A stretch of 64,000 bases of DNA from the human T2T-CHM13v2.0 reference genome, Homo sapiens: the NCBI RefSeq assembly GCF_009914755.1, contig NC_060948.1. The stretch is one strand, 5' to 3'. Within the stretch, counting starts at the first letter, position 1; every line of letters begins with the position of its first letter. Below, piece after piece: positions 27,301 through 43,315 of the stretch. The notes below the pieces were generated by a model that saw only the letters and a list, made by a program, of their open reading frames with translations, was not told where the DNA came from and did not search any database. The position numbers were made by a program, and so were the translations under genes.

Positions 27301-30300
27301 CAAACGGAATGGAATGGACAGCCACGGAATGGAATGCACTCGAATGCAATGGAGTCGAAACTAATGGACTGGAATAGAATGGACTCGACTGGTACGGACT
27401 CCAATGGAATGGAATCGAATGGAAGGGAATCGAACGGAATGGACTCGAAGGGAAAAGACTGCAATGGAAAGGTCTCGAATGGAATGGAAATTAATGGAAT
27501 GGAATGGAATCGAATGAAATGGAGTCAAAAGGAATGGAATCGAATGGCAAGAAATCGAATGTAATGGAATCGCAAGGAATTGATGTGAACGGAACGGAAT
27601 GGAATGGAATCCAAAGGAATGGAATAGAATGGAATGGAATCGAATGGAAAGGACTCGAATGGAAATCACTCGAATAGAATGCAATTTAATAAAATAGGAT
27701 CAAATGTAATGGAATGGAATGGAAAGGAATCGAAACGAAAGGAATGGAGACAGATGGAATGGAATGGAACAGAGAGCAATGGTATAGAATGGAATGGAAT
27801 CATCTGGAATGGAATTGAATGGAATGGAATAATATGAAATGGAATGGAATGGAATGGAATGGAATGCCCTTGAATTAAATGGACTGGAATGGAATGGACT
27901 CGAACAGAGTGGAATGGAAAGTGTTGAGATAGAATGGAATGGACTCCTTTGGAATGGTGTAGTATGAAATGCAATCGACTGGCAGGGAATCAAAAGGAAT
28001 GTAATCGAATGGATTGGACTGGAATGCAATGGACTCGAATAGATTGGGAACGGAATGCAAAGGAATGGAATGGAATAGTATGGAATGGAATGGAAAGGAA
28101 TGGAGTGGAATAGACTAGAGTGGAATGGAATGGACTGGAAAGCAATGGACTGGAATGGAACTTTCTTGAATGGACTGGAATCAAACGGAATGGAATGCAA
28201 TGCAATCAAATGGCATGGAATAAAATAGAATGAAAGAGAATCAAATGGAATTGAATCGAATGGAATCGAATGGATTGGAAAGGAATAGAATGGAATGGAA
28301 TGGAATTGACTCAAATGGAATGGACTAGAATGGAATGGATTCGAATGGAAGGCAAAGGAATGGAATCTATTGGAATGGACTGTAATGGAATGGAATGGAA
28401 GGGATTGGAATGGACTCGAATGGAATGGACTGCAATAGAAAGGATTCGAATGGAATGAAAAAGAATTGAATGGAATAGAACAGAATGGAATCAAATCGAA
28501 TGAAATGGAATGGAATAGAAAGGAATGGAATGAAATGGAATGGAAAGGATTCGAATGGAATGCAATCGAATGGAATGGAATCGAACGGAATGGAATAAAA
28601 TGGAAGAAAACTGGCAAGAAATGGAATCGAAATGAATGGAGTGTTATGGAACGGACTCAAAAGGAATTGAATGTAATAGAATGGAGTGGAGTGGACTCGA
28701 ATATAATGGACTGGAATGGAATGAAATCACATGGAATGGGAACGAATGGAATGGAATGGAAAGGAATGGAATCGAATGGAAAGGAATCGAATGGAAGGGA
28801 ATGAAATTGAATCAACAGGAATGGAAGGGAATAGAATAGACGGTAATGGAATGGACTCGAATAGAATGGACACGAATGCTCAAATTGAATGGACTCGAAT
28901 GGAATGGAAACGAAAGGAATGTCATCGAATGGAATTGAATCGATTGGAATGAAATCGCATAGAATGGAGTGGAATCAAATGGAATTGAATCGAAAGGAAA
29001 GGAAGCGAATGGACTGAAATGAAATGGAATGGAATTGAATGGAAAGTAATGCAATGGAATAGAATGGAACGAAATTTCACGGAATGGAATCAAACTGAAT
29101 GGAATCAAGTCAATGGAATCAAATCAAATGGAATGGAAAGGAATTGAATGGAGTAGATGGGATTGGATGGGATTGGAATGAAATGTACTGGAAAGGACTC
29201 GAATTTCATGAAACGGAATGGAATGAATTGGAACGGAATGGACTCGAATGGAATGGAATGTCATGGAATGGCATCAAATGGAATGGCATCAAATGGAATG
29301 GAATCGAATGCAATGATATGCTATGGAATGGAATGGAATGCATTGGAATGGAATGTCCTCTAATGGAATGGATTCGAGTGGAATGGAATCGAATATAATG
29401 GAGTCGAATGAAATGGAATTGAAAGGAATGGGATCGAATAGAATGGAATATACTGGAATGTAATGTAATGAACTCGAATGTAATTTACTGGAATGGAATG
29501 TACATGAATGGAATGTAATCGAATGGAAAGTAATCTAATGGAATAGAATCTAATGCAATAAAATCGACTCAGAGTAGAATGTAATGGAATGGAGTGCAGT
29601 GCAATGGAATGGAATGGAATGGAATACAATGGAATGGAATGGAATGGAATGGAATGGAATGGGATGGAATGGTATGGAATGGATAGTAATGGACTGGAGT
29701 GAAATGGACTGGAAAGGAATGGACTCAAATTGAAAGGGCTCGAAAGCAATGGAGTCAAATGGAATGGTCTGGAATGGAATGAACACGAATGTAATGCAAT
29801 CCAATAGAATGGAATCGAATGGCATGGAATATAAAGAAATGGAATCGAAGAGAATGGAAACAAATGGAATGGAATTGAATGGAATGGAATTGAATGGAAT
29901 GGGAACGAATGGAGTGAAATTGTATGCAGTAGAAGGGAATAGAATGGAATGCAAGCGAAAGGAAAGGAATGGATTGGAATGGAATGGAATTCATTGGAAT
30001 GGAAGGGAATGTAGTGTAATGGACAGGCCTGGAATAAAGTGGAATGCTACGGTCTCGAATGGAATAAAAATGTATGGAATGGAATGCAATGAAACGGAAT
30101 CGAATGTCATAGAATGTAATGGAATGCAAAAAAATGGAATCCAAAATCATTGACTGGAAAGGCTGGGTGTCGAAAGGAATTGACTCCAATGGAATGGAAT
30201 CGAATGGAATGGAAGTGAATAGAATCGAACTAAATCGAATGGAATGGAATTGATAGGAACGGAATGGAAAGGAATGCAATGATTTGGCATGGAATGGAAT

Positions 30301-33300
30301 CGAATGGCATCGAATGGAATGGAATGGAATGCAATGGAATGGAATGTATTAGAATGTAATGAACTTTAATGGAATGTACTCGAATGGATTCGACTGGAAT
30401 GGAATGTTCTGGAAGTGAATGGACTCCAATGGAATGGATTCAAAAGGAATGGAATCGTACGGAATGGAATCTAATGGAATGGAATTAAATGGAAATGAAT
30501 CAAATTGAATAGCACGGAATTGAATTGAATGGAATGGAATGCAATGGAATCTAATGAAACGGAAAGGAAAGGAATGGAATGGAATGGAATGGGCTGGAAT
30601 GGAAAGGAATCGAAACGAATGGAATGGAATCGAACTGAAGAGACTGGAATGGAATGCACTGGAATGGAAGGGAGTGTAATGGAAGGTTCTCGAAAAAAAT
30701 GAAATCGAATGGAATGGAATTGAATGGAATGGAATAGAGTCGAATGGAATTGAATGGAATGGAATGGACTAGAGTGAAATGGAATCGAACCACAAGGAAT
30801 GGACAGGAATAGAATGGTCTCGAATTGAATGGAATCGTATGGAATGGCATCAAACGGAATGGAATGGACAGCCACGGAATGGAATGCACTCGAATGCAAT
30901 GGAGTCGAAACTAATGGACTGGAATAGAATGGACTCGACTGGTACGGACTCCAATGGAATGGAATCGAATGGAAGGGAATCGAACGGAATGGACTCGAAG
31001 GGAAAAGACTGCAATGGAAAGGTCTCGAATGGAATGGAAATTAATGGAATGGAATGGAATCGAATGAAATGGAGTCAAAAGGAATGGAATCGAATGGCAA
31101 GAAATCGAATGTAATGGAATCGCAAGGAATTGATGTGAACGGAACGGAATGGAATGGAATCCAAAGGAATGGAATAGAATGGAATGGAATCGAATGGAAA
31201 GGACTCGAATGGAAATCACTCGAATAGAATGCAATTTAATAAAATAGGATCAAATGTAATGGAATGGAATGGAAAGGAATCGAAACGAAAGGAATGGAGA
31301 CAGATGGAATGGAATGGAACAGAGAGCAATGGTATAGAATGGAATGGAATCATCTGGAATGGAATTGAATGGAATGGAATAATATGAAATGGAATGGAAT
31401 GGAATGGAATGCCCTTGAATTAAATGGACTGGAATGGAATGGACTCGAACAGAGTGGAATGGAAAGTGTTGAGATAGAATGGAATGGACTCCTTTGGAAT
31501 GGTGTAGTATGCAATGCAATCGACTGGCAGGGAATCAAAAGGAATGTAATCGAATGGATTGGACTGGAATGCAATGGACTCGAATAGATTGGAAACGGAA
31601 TGCAAAGGAATGGAATGGAATAGTATGGAATGGAATGGAAAGGAATGGAGTGGAATAGACTAGAGTGGAAAGGAATGGACTGGAAAGCAATGGACTGGAA
31701 TGGAAGTTTCTTGAATGGACTGGAATCAAACGGAATGGAATGCAATGCAATCAAATGGCATGGAATAAAATAGAATGAAAGAGAATCAAATGGAATTGAA
31801 TCGAATGGAATCGAATGGATTGGAAAGGAATAGAATGGAATGGAATGGAATTGACTCAAATGGAATGGACTAGAATGGAATGGATTCGAATGGAAGGCAA
31901 AGGAATGGAATCTATTGGAATGGACTGTAATGGAATGGAATGGAAGGGATTGGAATGGACTCGAATGGAATGGACTGCAATAGAAAGGATTCGAATGGAA
32001 TGAAAAAGAATTGAATGGAATAGAACAGAATGGAATCAAATCGAATGAAATGGAATGGAATAGAAAGGAATGGAATGAAATGGAATGGAAAGGATTCGAA
32101 TGGAATGCAATCGAATGGAATGGAATCGAACGGAATGGAATAAAATGGAAGAAAACTGGCAAGAAATGGAATCGAAATGAATGGAGTGTTATGGAACGGA
32201 CTCAAAAGGAATTGAATGTAATAGAATGGAGTGGAGTGGACTCGAATATAATGGACTGGAATGGAATGAAATCACATGGAATGGGAACGAATGGAATGGA
32301 ATGGAAAGGAATGGAATCGAATGGAAAGGAATCGAATGGAAGGGAATGAAATTGAATCAACAGGAATGGAAGGGAATAGAATAGACGGTAATGGAATGGA
32401 CTCGAATAGAATGGACACGAATGCTCAAATTGAATGGACTCGAATGGAATGGAAACGAAAGGAATGTCATCGAATGGAATTGAATCGATTGGAATGAAAT
32501 CGCATAGAATGGAGTGGAATCAAATGGAATTGAATCGAAAGGAAAGGAAGCGAATGGACTGAAATGAAATGGAATGGAATTGAATGGAAAGTAATGCAAT
32601 GGAATAGAATGGAACGAAATTTCACGGAATGGAATCAAACTGAATGGAATCAAATCAATGGAATCAAATCAAATGGAATGGAAAGGAATTGAATGGAGTA
32701 GATTGGATTGGATGGGATTGGAATGAAATGTACTGGAAAGCACTCGAATTCCATGAAACGGAATGGAATGAATTGGAACGGAATGGACTCGAATGGAATG
32801 GAATGTCATGGAATGGCATCAAATGGAATGGCATCAAATGGAATGGAATCGAATGCAATGGAATGCTATGGAATGGAATGGAATGCATTGGAATGGAATG
32901 TCCTCTAATGGAATGGATTCGAGTGGAATGGAATCGAATATAATGGAGTCGAATGAAATGGAATTGAAAGGAATGTGATCGAATACAATGGAATATACTG
33001 GAATGTAATGTAATGAACTCGAATATAATTGACTGGAATGGAATGTACATGAATGGAATGTAATCGAATGGAAAGTAATCCAATGGAATAGAATCTAATG
33101 CAATAAAATCGACTCAGATAGAGTAGAATGTAATGGAATGGAGTGCAGTGCAATGGAGTGGAATGGAATGGAATGCAATGGAATGGAATGGAATGGAATG
33201 GAATGGAATGGAATGGAATGGGATGGAATGGGATGGAATGGTATGGAATGGATAGTAATGGACTGGAGTGAAATGGACTGGAAAGGAATGGACTCAAATT

Positions 33301-36300
33301 GAAAGGGCTCGAAAGGAATGGAGTCAAATGGAATGATCTGGAATGCAATGAACACGAATGTAATGCAATCCAATAGAATGGAATCGAATGGCATGGAATA
33401 TAAAGAAATGGAATCGAAGAGAATGGAAACAAATGGAATGGAATTGAATGGAATGGAATTGAATGGAATGGGAACGAATGGAGTGAAATTGTATGCAGTA
33501 GAAGAGAATAGAATGGAATGCAAGCGAAAGGAAAGGAATGGATTGGAATGGAATGGAATTCATTGGAATGGAAGGGAATGTAGTGTAATGGACAGGCCTG
33601 GAATAAAGTGGAATGCTACGGTCTCGAATGGAATAAAAATGTATGGAATGGAATGCAATGAAACGGAATCGAATGTCATAGAATGTAATGGAATGCAAAA
33701 AAATGGAATCCAAAATCATTGACTGGAAAGGCTGGGTGTCGAAAGGAATTGACTCCAATGGAATGGAATCGAATGGAATGGAAGTGAACAGAATCGAACT
33801 AAATCGAATGGAATGGAATTGATAGGAACGGAATGGAAAGGAATGCAATGATTTGGCATGGAATGGAATCGAATGGAATGGAATGGAATGCAATGGAATG
33901 GAATGTATTAGAATGTAATGAACTTTAATGGAATGTACTCGAATGGATTCGACTGGAATGGAATGTTCTGGAAGTGAATGGACTCCAATGGAATGGATTC
34001 AAAAGGAATGGAATCGTACGGAATGGAATCTAATGGAATGGAATTAAATGGAAATGAATCAAATTGAATAGCACGGAATTGAATTGAATGGAATGGAATG
34101 CAATGGAATCTAATGAAACGGAAAGGAATGGAATGGAATGGAATGGAATGGGCTGGAATGGAAAGGAATCGAAACGAATGGAATGGAATCGAACTGAAGA
34201 GACTGGAATGGAATGCACTGGAATGGAAGGGAGTGTAATGGAAGGTTCTCGAAAAAAATGGAATCGAATGGAATGGAATTGAATGGAACGGAATAGAGTC
34301 GAATGGAATTGAATGGAATGGAATGGACTAGAGTGAAATGGAATCGAACCACAAGGAATGGACAGGAATAGAATGGTCTCGAATTGAATGGAATCGTATG
34401 GAATGGCATCAAACGGAATGGAATGGACAGCCACGGAATGGAATGCACTCGAATGCAATGGAGTCGAAACTAATGGACTGGAATAGAATGGACTCGACTG
34501 GTACGGACTCCAATGGAATGGAATCGAATGGAAGGGAATCGAACGGAATGGACTCGAAGGGAAAAGACTGCAATGGAAAGGTCTCGAATGGAATGGAAAT
34601 TAATGGAATGGAATGGAATCGAATGAAATGGAGTCAAAAGGAATGGAATCGAATGGCAAGAAATCGAATGTAATGGAATCGCAAGGAATTGATGTGAACG
34701 GAACGGAATGGAATGGAATCCAAAGGAATGGAATAGAATGGAATGGAATCGAATGGAAAGGACTCGAATGGAAATCACTCGAATAGAATGCAATTTAATA
34801 AAATAGGATCAAATGTAATGGAATGGAATGGAAAGGAATCGAAACGAAAGGAATGGAGACAGATGGAATGGAATGGAACAGAGAGCAATGGTATAGAATG
34901 GAATGGAATCATCTGGAATGGAATTGAATGGAATGGAATAATATGAAATGGAATGGAATGGAATGGAATGGAATGCCCTTGAATTAAATGGACTGGAATG
35001 GAATGGACTCGAACAGAGTGGAATGGAAAGTGTTGAGATAGAATGGAATGGACTCCTTTGGAATGGTGTAGTATGCAATGCAATCGACTGGCAGGGAATC
35101 AAAAGGAATGTAATCGAATGGATTGGACTGGAATGCAATGGACTCGAATAGATTGGGAACGGAATGCAAAGGAATGGAATGGAATAGTATGGAATGGAAT
35201 GGAAAGGAATGGAGTGGAATAGACTAGAGTGGAATGGAATGGACTGGAAAGCAATGGACTGGAATGGAACTTTCTTGAATGGACTGGAATCAAACGGAAT
35301 GGAATGCAATGCAATCAAATGGCATGGAATAAAATAGAATGAAAGAGAATCAAATGGAATTGAATCGAATGGAATCGAATGGATTGGAAAGGAATAGAAT
35401 GGAATGGAATGGAATTGACTCAAATGGAATGGACTAGAATGGAATGGATTCGAATGGAAGGCAAAGGAATGGAATCTATTGGAATGGACTGTAATGGAAT
35501 GGAATGGAAGGGATTGGAATGGACTCGAATGGAATGGACTGCAATAGAAAGGATTCGAATGGAATGAAAAAGAATTGAATGGAATAGAACAGAATGGAAT
35601 CAAATCGAATGAAATGGAATGGAATAGAAAGGAATGGAATGAAATGGAATGGAAAGGATTCGAATGGAATGCAATCGAATGGAATGGAATCGAACGGAAT
35701 GGAATAAAATGGAAGAAAACTGGCAAGAAATGGAATCGAAATGAATGGAGTGTTATGGAACGGACTCAAAAGGAATTGAATGTAATAGAATGGAGTGGAG
35801 TGGACTCGAATATAATGGACTGGAATGGAATGAAATCACATGGAATGGGAACGAATGGAATGGAATGGAAAGGAATGGAATCGAATGGAAAGGAATCGAA
35901 TGGAAGGGAATGAAATTGAATCAACAGGAATGGAAGGGAATAGAATAGACGGTAATGGAATGGACTCGAATAGAATGGACACGAATGCTCAAATTGAATG
36001 GACTCGAATGGAATGGAAACGAAAGGAATGTCATCGAATGGAATTGAATCGATTGGAATGAAATCGCATAGAATGGAGTGGAATCAAATGGAATTGAATC
36101 GAAAGGAAAGGAAGCGAATGGACTGAAATGAAATGGAATGGAATTGAATGGAAAGTAATGCAATGGAATAGAATGGAACGAAATTTCACGGAATGGAATC
36201 AAACTGAATGGAATCAAGTCAATGGAATCAAATCAAATGGAATGGAAAGGAATTGAATGGAGTAGATGGGATTGGATGGGATTGGAATGAAATGTACTGG

Positions 36301-39300
36301 AAAGGACTCGAATTTCATGAAACGGAATGGAATGAATTGGAACGGAATGGACTCGAATGGAATGGAATGTCATGGAATGGCATCAAATGGAATGGCATCA
36401 AATGGAATGGAATCGAATGCAATGATATGCTATGGAATGGAATGGAATGCATTGGAATGGAATGTCCTCTAATGGAATGGATTCGAGTGGAATGGAATCG
36501 AATATAATGGAGTCGAATGAAATGGAATTGAAAGGAATGGGATCGAATAGAATGGAATATACTGGAATGTAATGTAATGAACTCGAATGTAATTGACTGG
36601 AATGGAATGTACATGAATGGAATGTAATCGAATGGAAAGTAATCTAATGGAATAGAATCTAATGCAATAAAATCGACTCAGATAGAGTAGAATGTAATGG
36701 AATGGAGTGCAGTGCAATGGAATGGAATGGAATGGAATACAATGGAATGGAATGGAATGGAATGGAATGGAATGGGATGGAATGGTATGGAATGGATAGT
36801 AATGGACTGGAGTGAAATGGACTGGAAAGGAATGGACTCAAATTGAAAGGGCTCGAAAGCAATGGAGTCAAATGGAATGGTCTGGAATGGAATGAACACG
36901 AATGTAATGCAATCCAATAGAATGGAATCGAATGGCATGGAATATAAAGAAATGGAATCGAAGAGAATGGAAACAAATGGAATGGAATTGAATGGAATGG
37001 AATTGAATGGAATGGGAACGAATGGAGTGAAATTGTATGCAGTAGAAGGGAATAGAATGGAATGCAAGCGAAAGGAAAGGAATGGATTGGAATGGAATGG
37101 AATTCATTGGAATGGAAGGGAATGTAGTGTAATGGACAGGCCTGGAATAAAGTGGAATGCTACGGTCTCGAATGGAATAAAAATGTATGGAATGGAATGC
37201 AATGAAACGGAATCGAATGTCATAGAATGTAATGGAATGCAAAAAAATGGAATCCAAAATCATTGACTGGAAAGGCTGGGTGTCGAAAGGAATTGACTCC
37301 AATGGAATGGAATCGAATGGAATGGAAGTGAATAGAATCGAACTAAATCGAATGGAATGGAATTGATAGGAACGGAATGGAAAGGAATGCAATGATTTGG
37401 CATGGAATGGAATCGAATGGCATCGAATGGAATGGAATGGAATGCAATGGAATGGAATGTATTAGAATGTAATGAACTTTAATGGAATGTACTCGAATGG
37501 ATTCGACTGGAATGGAATGTTCTGGAAGTGAATGGACTCCAATGGAATGGATTCAAAAGGAATGGAATCGTACGGAATGGAATCTAATGGAATGGAATTA
37601 AATGGAAATGAATCAAATTGAATAGCACGGAATTGAATTGAATGGAATGGAATGCAATGGAATCTAATGAAACGGAAAGGAAAGGAATGGAATGGAATGG
37701 AATGGGCTGGAATGGAAAGGAATCGAAACGAATGGAATGGAATCGAACTGAAGAGACTGGAATGGAATGCACTGGAATGGAAGGGAGTGTAATGGAAGGT
37801 TCTCGAAAGAAATGGAATCGAATGGAATGGAATTGAATGGAACGGAATAGAGTCGAATGGAATTGAATGGAATGGAATGGACTAGAGTGAAATGGAATCG
37901 AACCACAAGGAATGGACAGGAATAGAATGGTCTCGAATTGAATGGAATCGTATGGAATGGCATCAAACGGAATGGAATGGACAGCCACGGAATGGAATGC
38001 ACTCGAATGCAATGGAGTGGAAACTAATGGACTGGAATAGAATGGACTCGACTGGTACGGACTCCAATGGAATGGAATCGAATGGAAGGGAATCGAACGG
38101 AATGGACTCGAAGGGAAAAGACTGCAATGGAAAGGTCTCGAATGGAATGGAAATTAATGGAATGGAATGGAATCGAATGAAATGGAGTCAAAAGGAATGG
38201 AATCGAATGGCAAGAAATCGAATGTAATGGAATCGCAAGGAATTGATGTGAACGGAACGGAATGGAATGGAATCCAAAGGAATGGAATAGAATGGAATGG
38301 AATCGAATGGAAAGGACTCGAATGGAAATCACTCGAATAGAATGCAATTTAATAAAATAGGATCAAATGTAATGGAATGGAATGGAAACGGATCGAAACG
38401 AAAGGAATGGAGACAGATGGAATGGAATGGAACAGAGAGCAATGGTATAGAATGGAATGGAATCATCTGGAATGGAATTGAATGGAATGGAATAATATGA
38501 AATGGAATGGAATGGAATGGAATGGAATGCCCTTGAATTAAATGGACTGGAATGGAATGGACTCGAAGAGAGTGGAATGGAAAGTGTTGAGATAGAATGG
38601 AATGGACTCCTTTGGAATGGTGTAGTATGCAATGCAATCGACTGGCAGGGAATCAAAAGGAATGTAATCGAATGGATTGGACTGGAATGCAATGGACTCG
38701 AATAGATTGGAAACGGAATGCAAAGGAATGGAATGGAATAGTATGGAATGGAATTGAAAGGAATGGAGTGGAATAGACTAGAGTGGAATGGAATGGACTG
38801 GAAAGCAATGGACTGGAATGGAACTTTCTTGAATGGACTGGAATCAAACGGAATGGAATGCAATGCAATCAAATGGCATGGAATAAAATAGAATGAAAGA
38901 GAATCAAATGGAATTGAATCGAATGGAATCGAATGGATTGGAAAGGAATAGAATGGAATGGAATGGAATTGACTCAAATGGAATGGACTAGAATGGAATG
39001 GATTCGAATGGAAGGCAAAGGAATGGAATCTATTGGAATGGACTGTAATGGAATGGAATGGAAGGGATTGGAATGGACTCGAATGGAATGGACTGCAATA
39101 GAAAGGATTCGAATGGAATGAAAAAGAATTGAATGGAATAGAACAGAATGGAATCAAATCGAATGAAATGGAATGGAATAGAAAGGAATGGAATGAAATG
39201 GAATGGAAAGGATTCGAATGGAATGCAATCGAATGGAATGGAATCGAACGGAATGGAATAAAATGGAAGAAAACTGGCAAGAAATGGAATCGAAATGAAT

Positions 39301-39761
39301 GGAGTGTTACGGAACGGACTCAAAAGGAATTGAATGTAATAGAATGGAGTGGAGTGGACTCGAATATAATGGACTGGAATGGAATGAAATCACATGGAAT
39401 GGGAACGAATGGAATGGAATGGAAAGGAATGGAATCGAATGGAAAGGAATCGAATGGAAGGGAATGAAATTGAATCAACAAGAATGGAAGGGAATAGAAT
39501 AGACGGTAATGGAATGGACTCGAATAGAATGGACACGAATGCTCAAATTGAATGGACTCGAATGGAATGGAAACGAAAGGAATGTCATCGAATGGAATTG
39601 AATCGATTGGAATGAAATCGCATAGAATGGAGTGGAATCAAATGGAATTGAATCGAAAGGAAAGGAAGCGAATGGACTGAAATGAAATGGAATGGAATTG
39701 AATGGAAAGTAATGCAATGGAATAGAATGGAACGAAATTTCACGGAATGGAATCAAACTGA
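18397..39761 (+). repeat. Dimeric (A/B) higher-order block of DYZ1 units, ~7.1 kb x 3
   Basis: U6, U8 and U10 share one variant set; U7, U9 and U11 share another. A-to-A spacings are 7123 and 7124 bp. Confidence 0.85.
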
Positions 39762-42700
39762 ATGGAATCAAGTCAATGGAATCAAATCAAATGGAATGGA
39801 AAGGAATTGAATGGAGTAGATGGGATTGGATGGGATTGGAATGAAATGTACTGGAAAGGACTCGAATTTCATGAAACGGAATGGAATGAATTGGAACGGA
39901 ATGGACTCGAATGGAATGGAATGTCATGGAATGGCATCAAATGGAATGGCATCAAATGGAATGGAATCGAATGCAATGGAATGCTATGGAATGGAATGGA
40001 ATGCATTGGAATGGAATGTCCTCTAATGGAATGGATTCGAGTGGAATGGAATCGAATATAATGGAGTCGAATGAAATGGAATTGAAAGGAATGGGATCGA
40101 ATAGAATGGAATATACTGGAATGTAATGTAATGAACTCGAATGTAATTGACTGGAATGGAATGTACATGAATGGAATGTAATAGAATGGAAAGTAATCTA
40201 ATGGAATAGAATCTAATGCAATAAAATCGACTCAGATAGAGTAGAATGTAATGGAATGGAGTGCAGTGCAATGGAATGGAATGGAATGGAATACAATGGA
40301 ATGGAATGGAATGGAATGGAATGGGATGGAATGGTATGGAATGGATAGTAATGGACTGGAGTGAAATGGACTGGAAAGGAATGGACTCAAATTGAAAGGG
40401 CTCGAAAGCAATGGAGTCAAATGGAATGGTCTGGAATGGAATGAACACGAATGTAATGCAATCCAATAGAATGGAATCGAATGGCATGGAATATAAAGAA
40501 ATGGAATCGAAGAGAATGGAAACAAATGGAATGGAATTGAATGGAATGGAATTGAATGGAATGGGAACGAATGGAGTGAAATTGTATGCAGTAGAAGGGA
40601 ATAGAATGGAATGCAAGCGAAAGGAAAGGAATGGATTGGAATGGAATGGAATTCATTGGAATGGAAGGGAATGTAGTGTAATGGACAGGCCTGGAATAAA
40701 GTGGAATGCTACGGTCTCGAATGGAATAAAAATGTATGGAATGGAATGCAATGAAACGGAATCGAATGTCATAGAATGTAATGGAATGCAACAAAATGGA
40801 ATCCAAAATCATTGACTGGAAAGGCTGGGTGTCGAAAGGAATTGACTCCAATGGAATGGAATCGAATGGAATGGAAGTGAATAGAATCGAACTAAATCGA
40901 ATGGAATGGAATTGATAGGAACGGAATGGAAAGGAATGCAATGATTTGGCATGGAATGGAATCGAATGGCATCGAATGGAATGGAATGGAATGCAATGGA
41001 ATGGAATGTATTAGAATGTAATGAACTTTAATGGAATGTACTCGAATGGATTCGACTGGAATGGAATGTTCTGGAAGTGAATGGACTCCAATGGAATGGA
41101 TTCAAAAGGAATGGAATCGTACGGAATGGAATCTAATGGAATGGAATTAAATGGAAATGAATCAAATTGAATAGCACGGAATTGAATTGAATGGAATGGA
41201 ATGCAATGGAATCTAATGAAACGGAAAGGAAAGGAATGGAATGGAATGGAATGGGCTGGAATGGAAAGGAATCGAAACGAATGGAATGGAATCGAACTGA
41301 AGAGACTGGAATGGAATGCACTGGAATGGAAGGGAGTGTAATGGAAGGTTCTCGAAAAAAATGGAATCGAATGGAATGGAATTGAATGGAACGGAATAGA
41401 GTCGAATGGAATTGAATGGAATGGAATGGACTAGAGTGAAATGGAATCGAACCACAAGGAATGGACAGGAATAGAATGGTCTCGAATTGAATGGAATCGT
41501 ATGGAATGGCATCAAACGGAATGGAATGGACAGCCACGGAATGGAATGCACTCGAATGCAATGGAGTCGAAACTAATGGACTGGAATAGAATGGACTCGA
41601 CTGGTACGGACTCCAATGGAATGGAATCGAATGGAAGGGAATCGAACGGAATGGACTCGAAGGGAAAAGACTGCAATGGAAAGGTCTCGAATGGAATGGA
41701 AATTAATGGAATGGAATGGAATCGAATGAAATGGAGTCAAAAGGAATGGAATCGAATGGCAAGAAATCGAATGTAATGGAATCGCAAGGAATTGATGTGA
41801 ACGGAACGGAATGGAATGGAATCCAAAGGAATGGAATAGAATGGAATGGAATCGAATGGAAAGGACTCGAATGGAAATCACTCGAATAGAATGCAATTTA
41901 ATAAAATAGGATCAAATGTAATGGAATGGAATGGAAAGGGATCGAAACGAAAGGAATGGAGACAGATGGAATGGAATGGAACAGAGAGCAATGGTATAGA
42001 ATGGAATGGAATCATCTGGAAGGGAATTGAATGGAATGGAATAATATGAAATGGAATGGAATGGAATGGAATGGAATGGAATGCCCTTGAATTAAATGGA
42101 CTGGAATGGAATGGACTCGAACAGAGTGGAATGGAAAGTGTTGAGATAGAATGGAATGGACTCCTTTGGAATGGTGTAGTATGCAATGCAATCGACTGGC
42201 AGGGAATCAAAAGGAATGTAATCGAATGGATTGGACTGGAATGCGATGGACTCGAATAGATTGGAAACGGAATGCAAAGGAATGGAATGGAATAGTATGG
42301 AATGGAATGGAAAGGAATGGAGTGGAATAGACTAGAGTGGAATGGAATGGACTGGAAAGCAATGGACTGGAATGGAACTTTCTTGAATGGACTGGAATCA
42401 AACGGAATGGAATGCAATGCAATCAAATGGCATGGAATAAAATAGAATGAAAGAGAATCAAATGGAATTGAATCGAATGGAATCGAATGGATTGGAAAGG
42501 AATAGAATGGAATGGAATGGAATTGACTGAAATGGAATGGACTAGAATGGAATGGATTCGAATGGAAGGCAAAGGAATGGAATCTATTGGAATGGACTGT
42601 AATGGAATGGAATGGAAGGGATTGGAATGGACTCGAATGGAATGGACTGCAATAGAAAGGATTCGAATGGAATGAAAAAGAATTGAATGGAATAGAACAG

Positions 42701-43315
42701 AATGGAATCAAATCGAATGAAATGGAATGGAATAGAAAGGAATGGAATGAAATGGAATGGAAAGGATTCGAATGGAATACAATCGAATGGAATGGAATCG
42801 AACGGAATGGAATAAAATGGAAGAAAAGTGGCAAGAAATGGAATCGAAATGAATGGAGTGTTATGGAACGGACTCAAAAGGAATTGAATGTAATAGAATG
42901 GAGTGGAGTGCACTCGAATATAATGGACTGGAATGGAATGAAATCACATGGAATGGGAACGAATGGAATGGAATGGAAAGGAATGGAATCGAATGGAAAG
43001 GAATCGAATGGAAGGGAATGAAATTGAATCAACAGGAATGGAAGGGAATAGAATAGACGGTAATGGAATGGACTCGAATAGAATGGACACGAATGCTCAA
43101 ATTGAATGGACTCGAATGGAATGGAAACGAAAGGAATGTCATCGAATGGAATTGAATCGATTGGAATGAAATCGCATAGAATGGAGTGGAATCAAATGGA
43201 ATTGAATCGAAAGGAAAGGAAGCAAATGGACTGAAATGAAATGGAATGGAATTGAATGGAAAGTAATGCAATGGAATAGAATGGAACGAAATTTCACGGA
43301 ATGGAATCAAACTGA

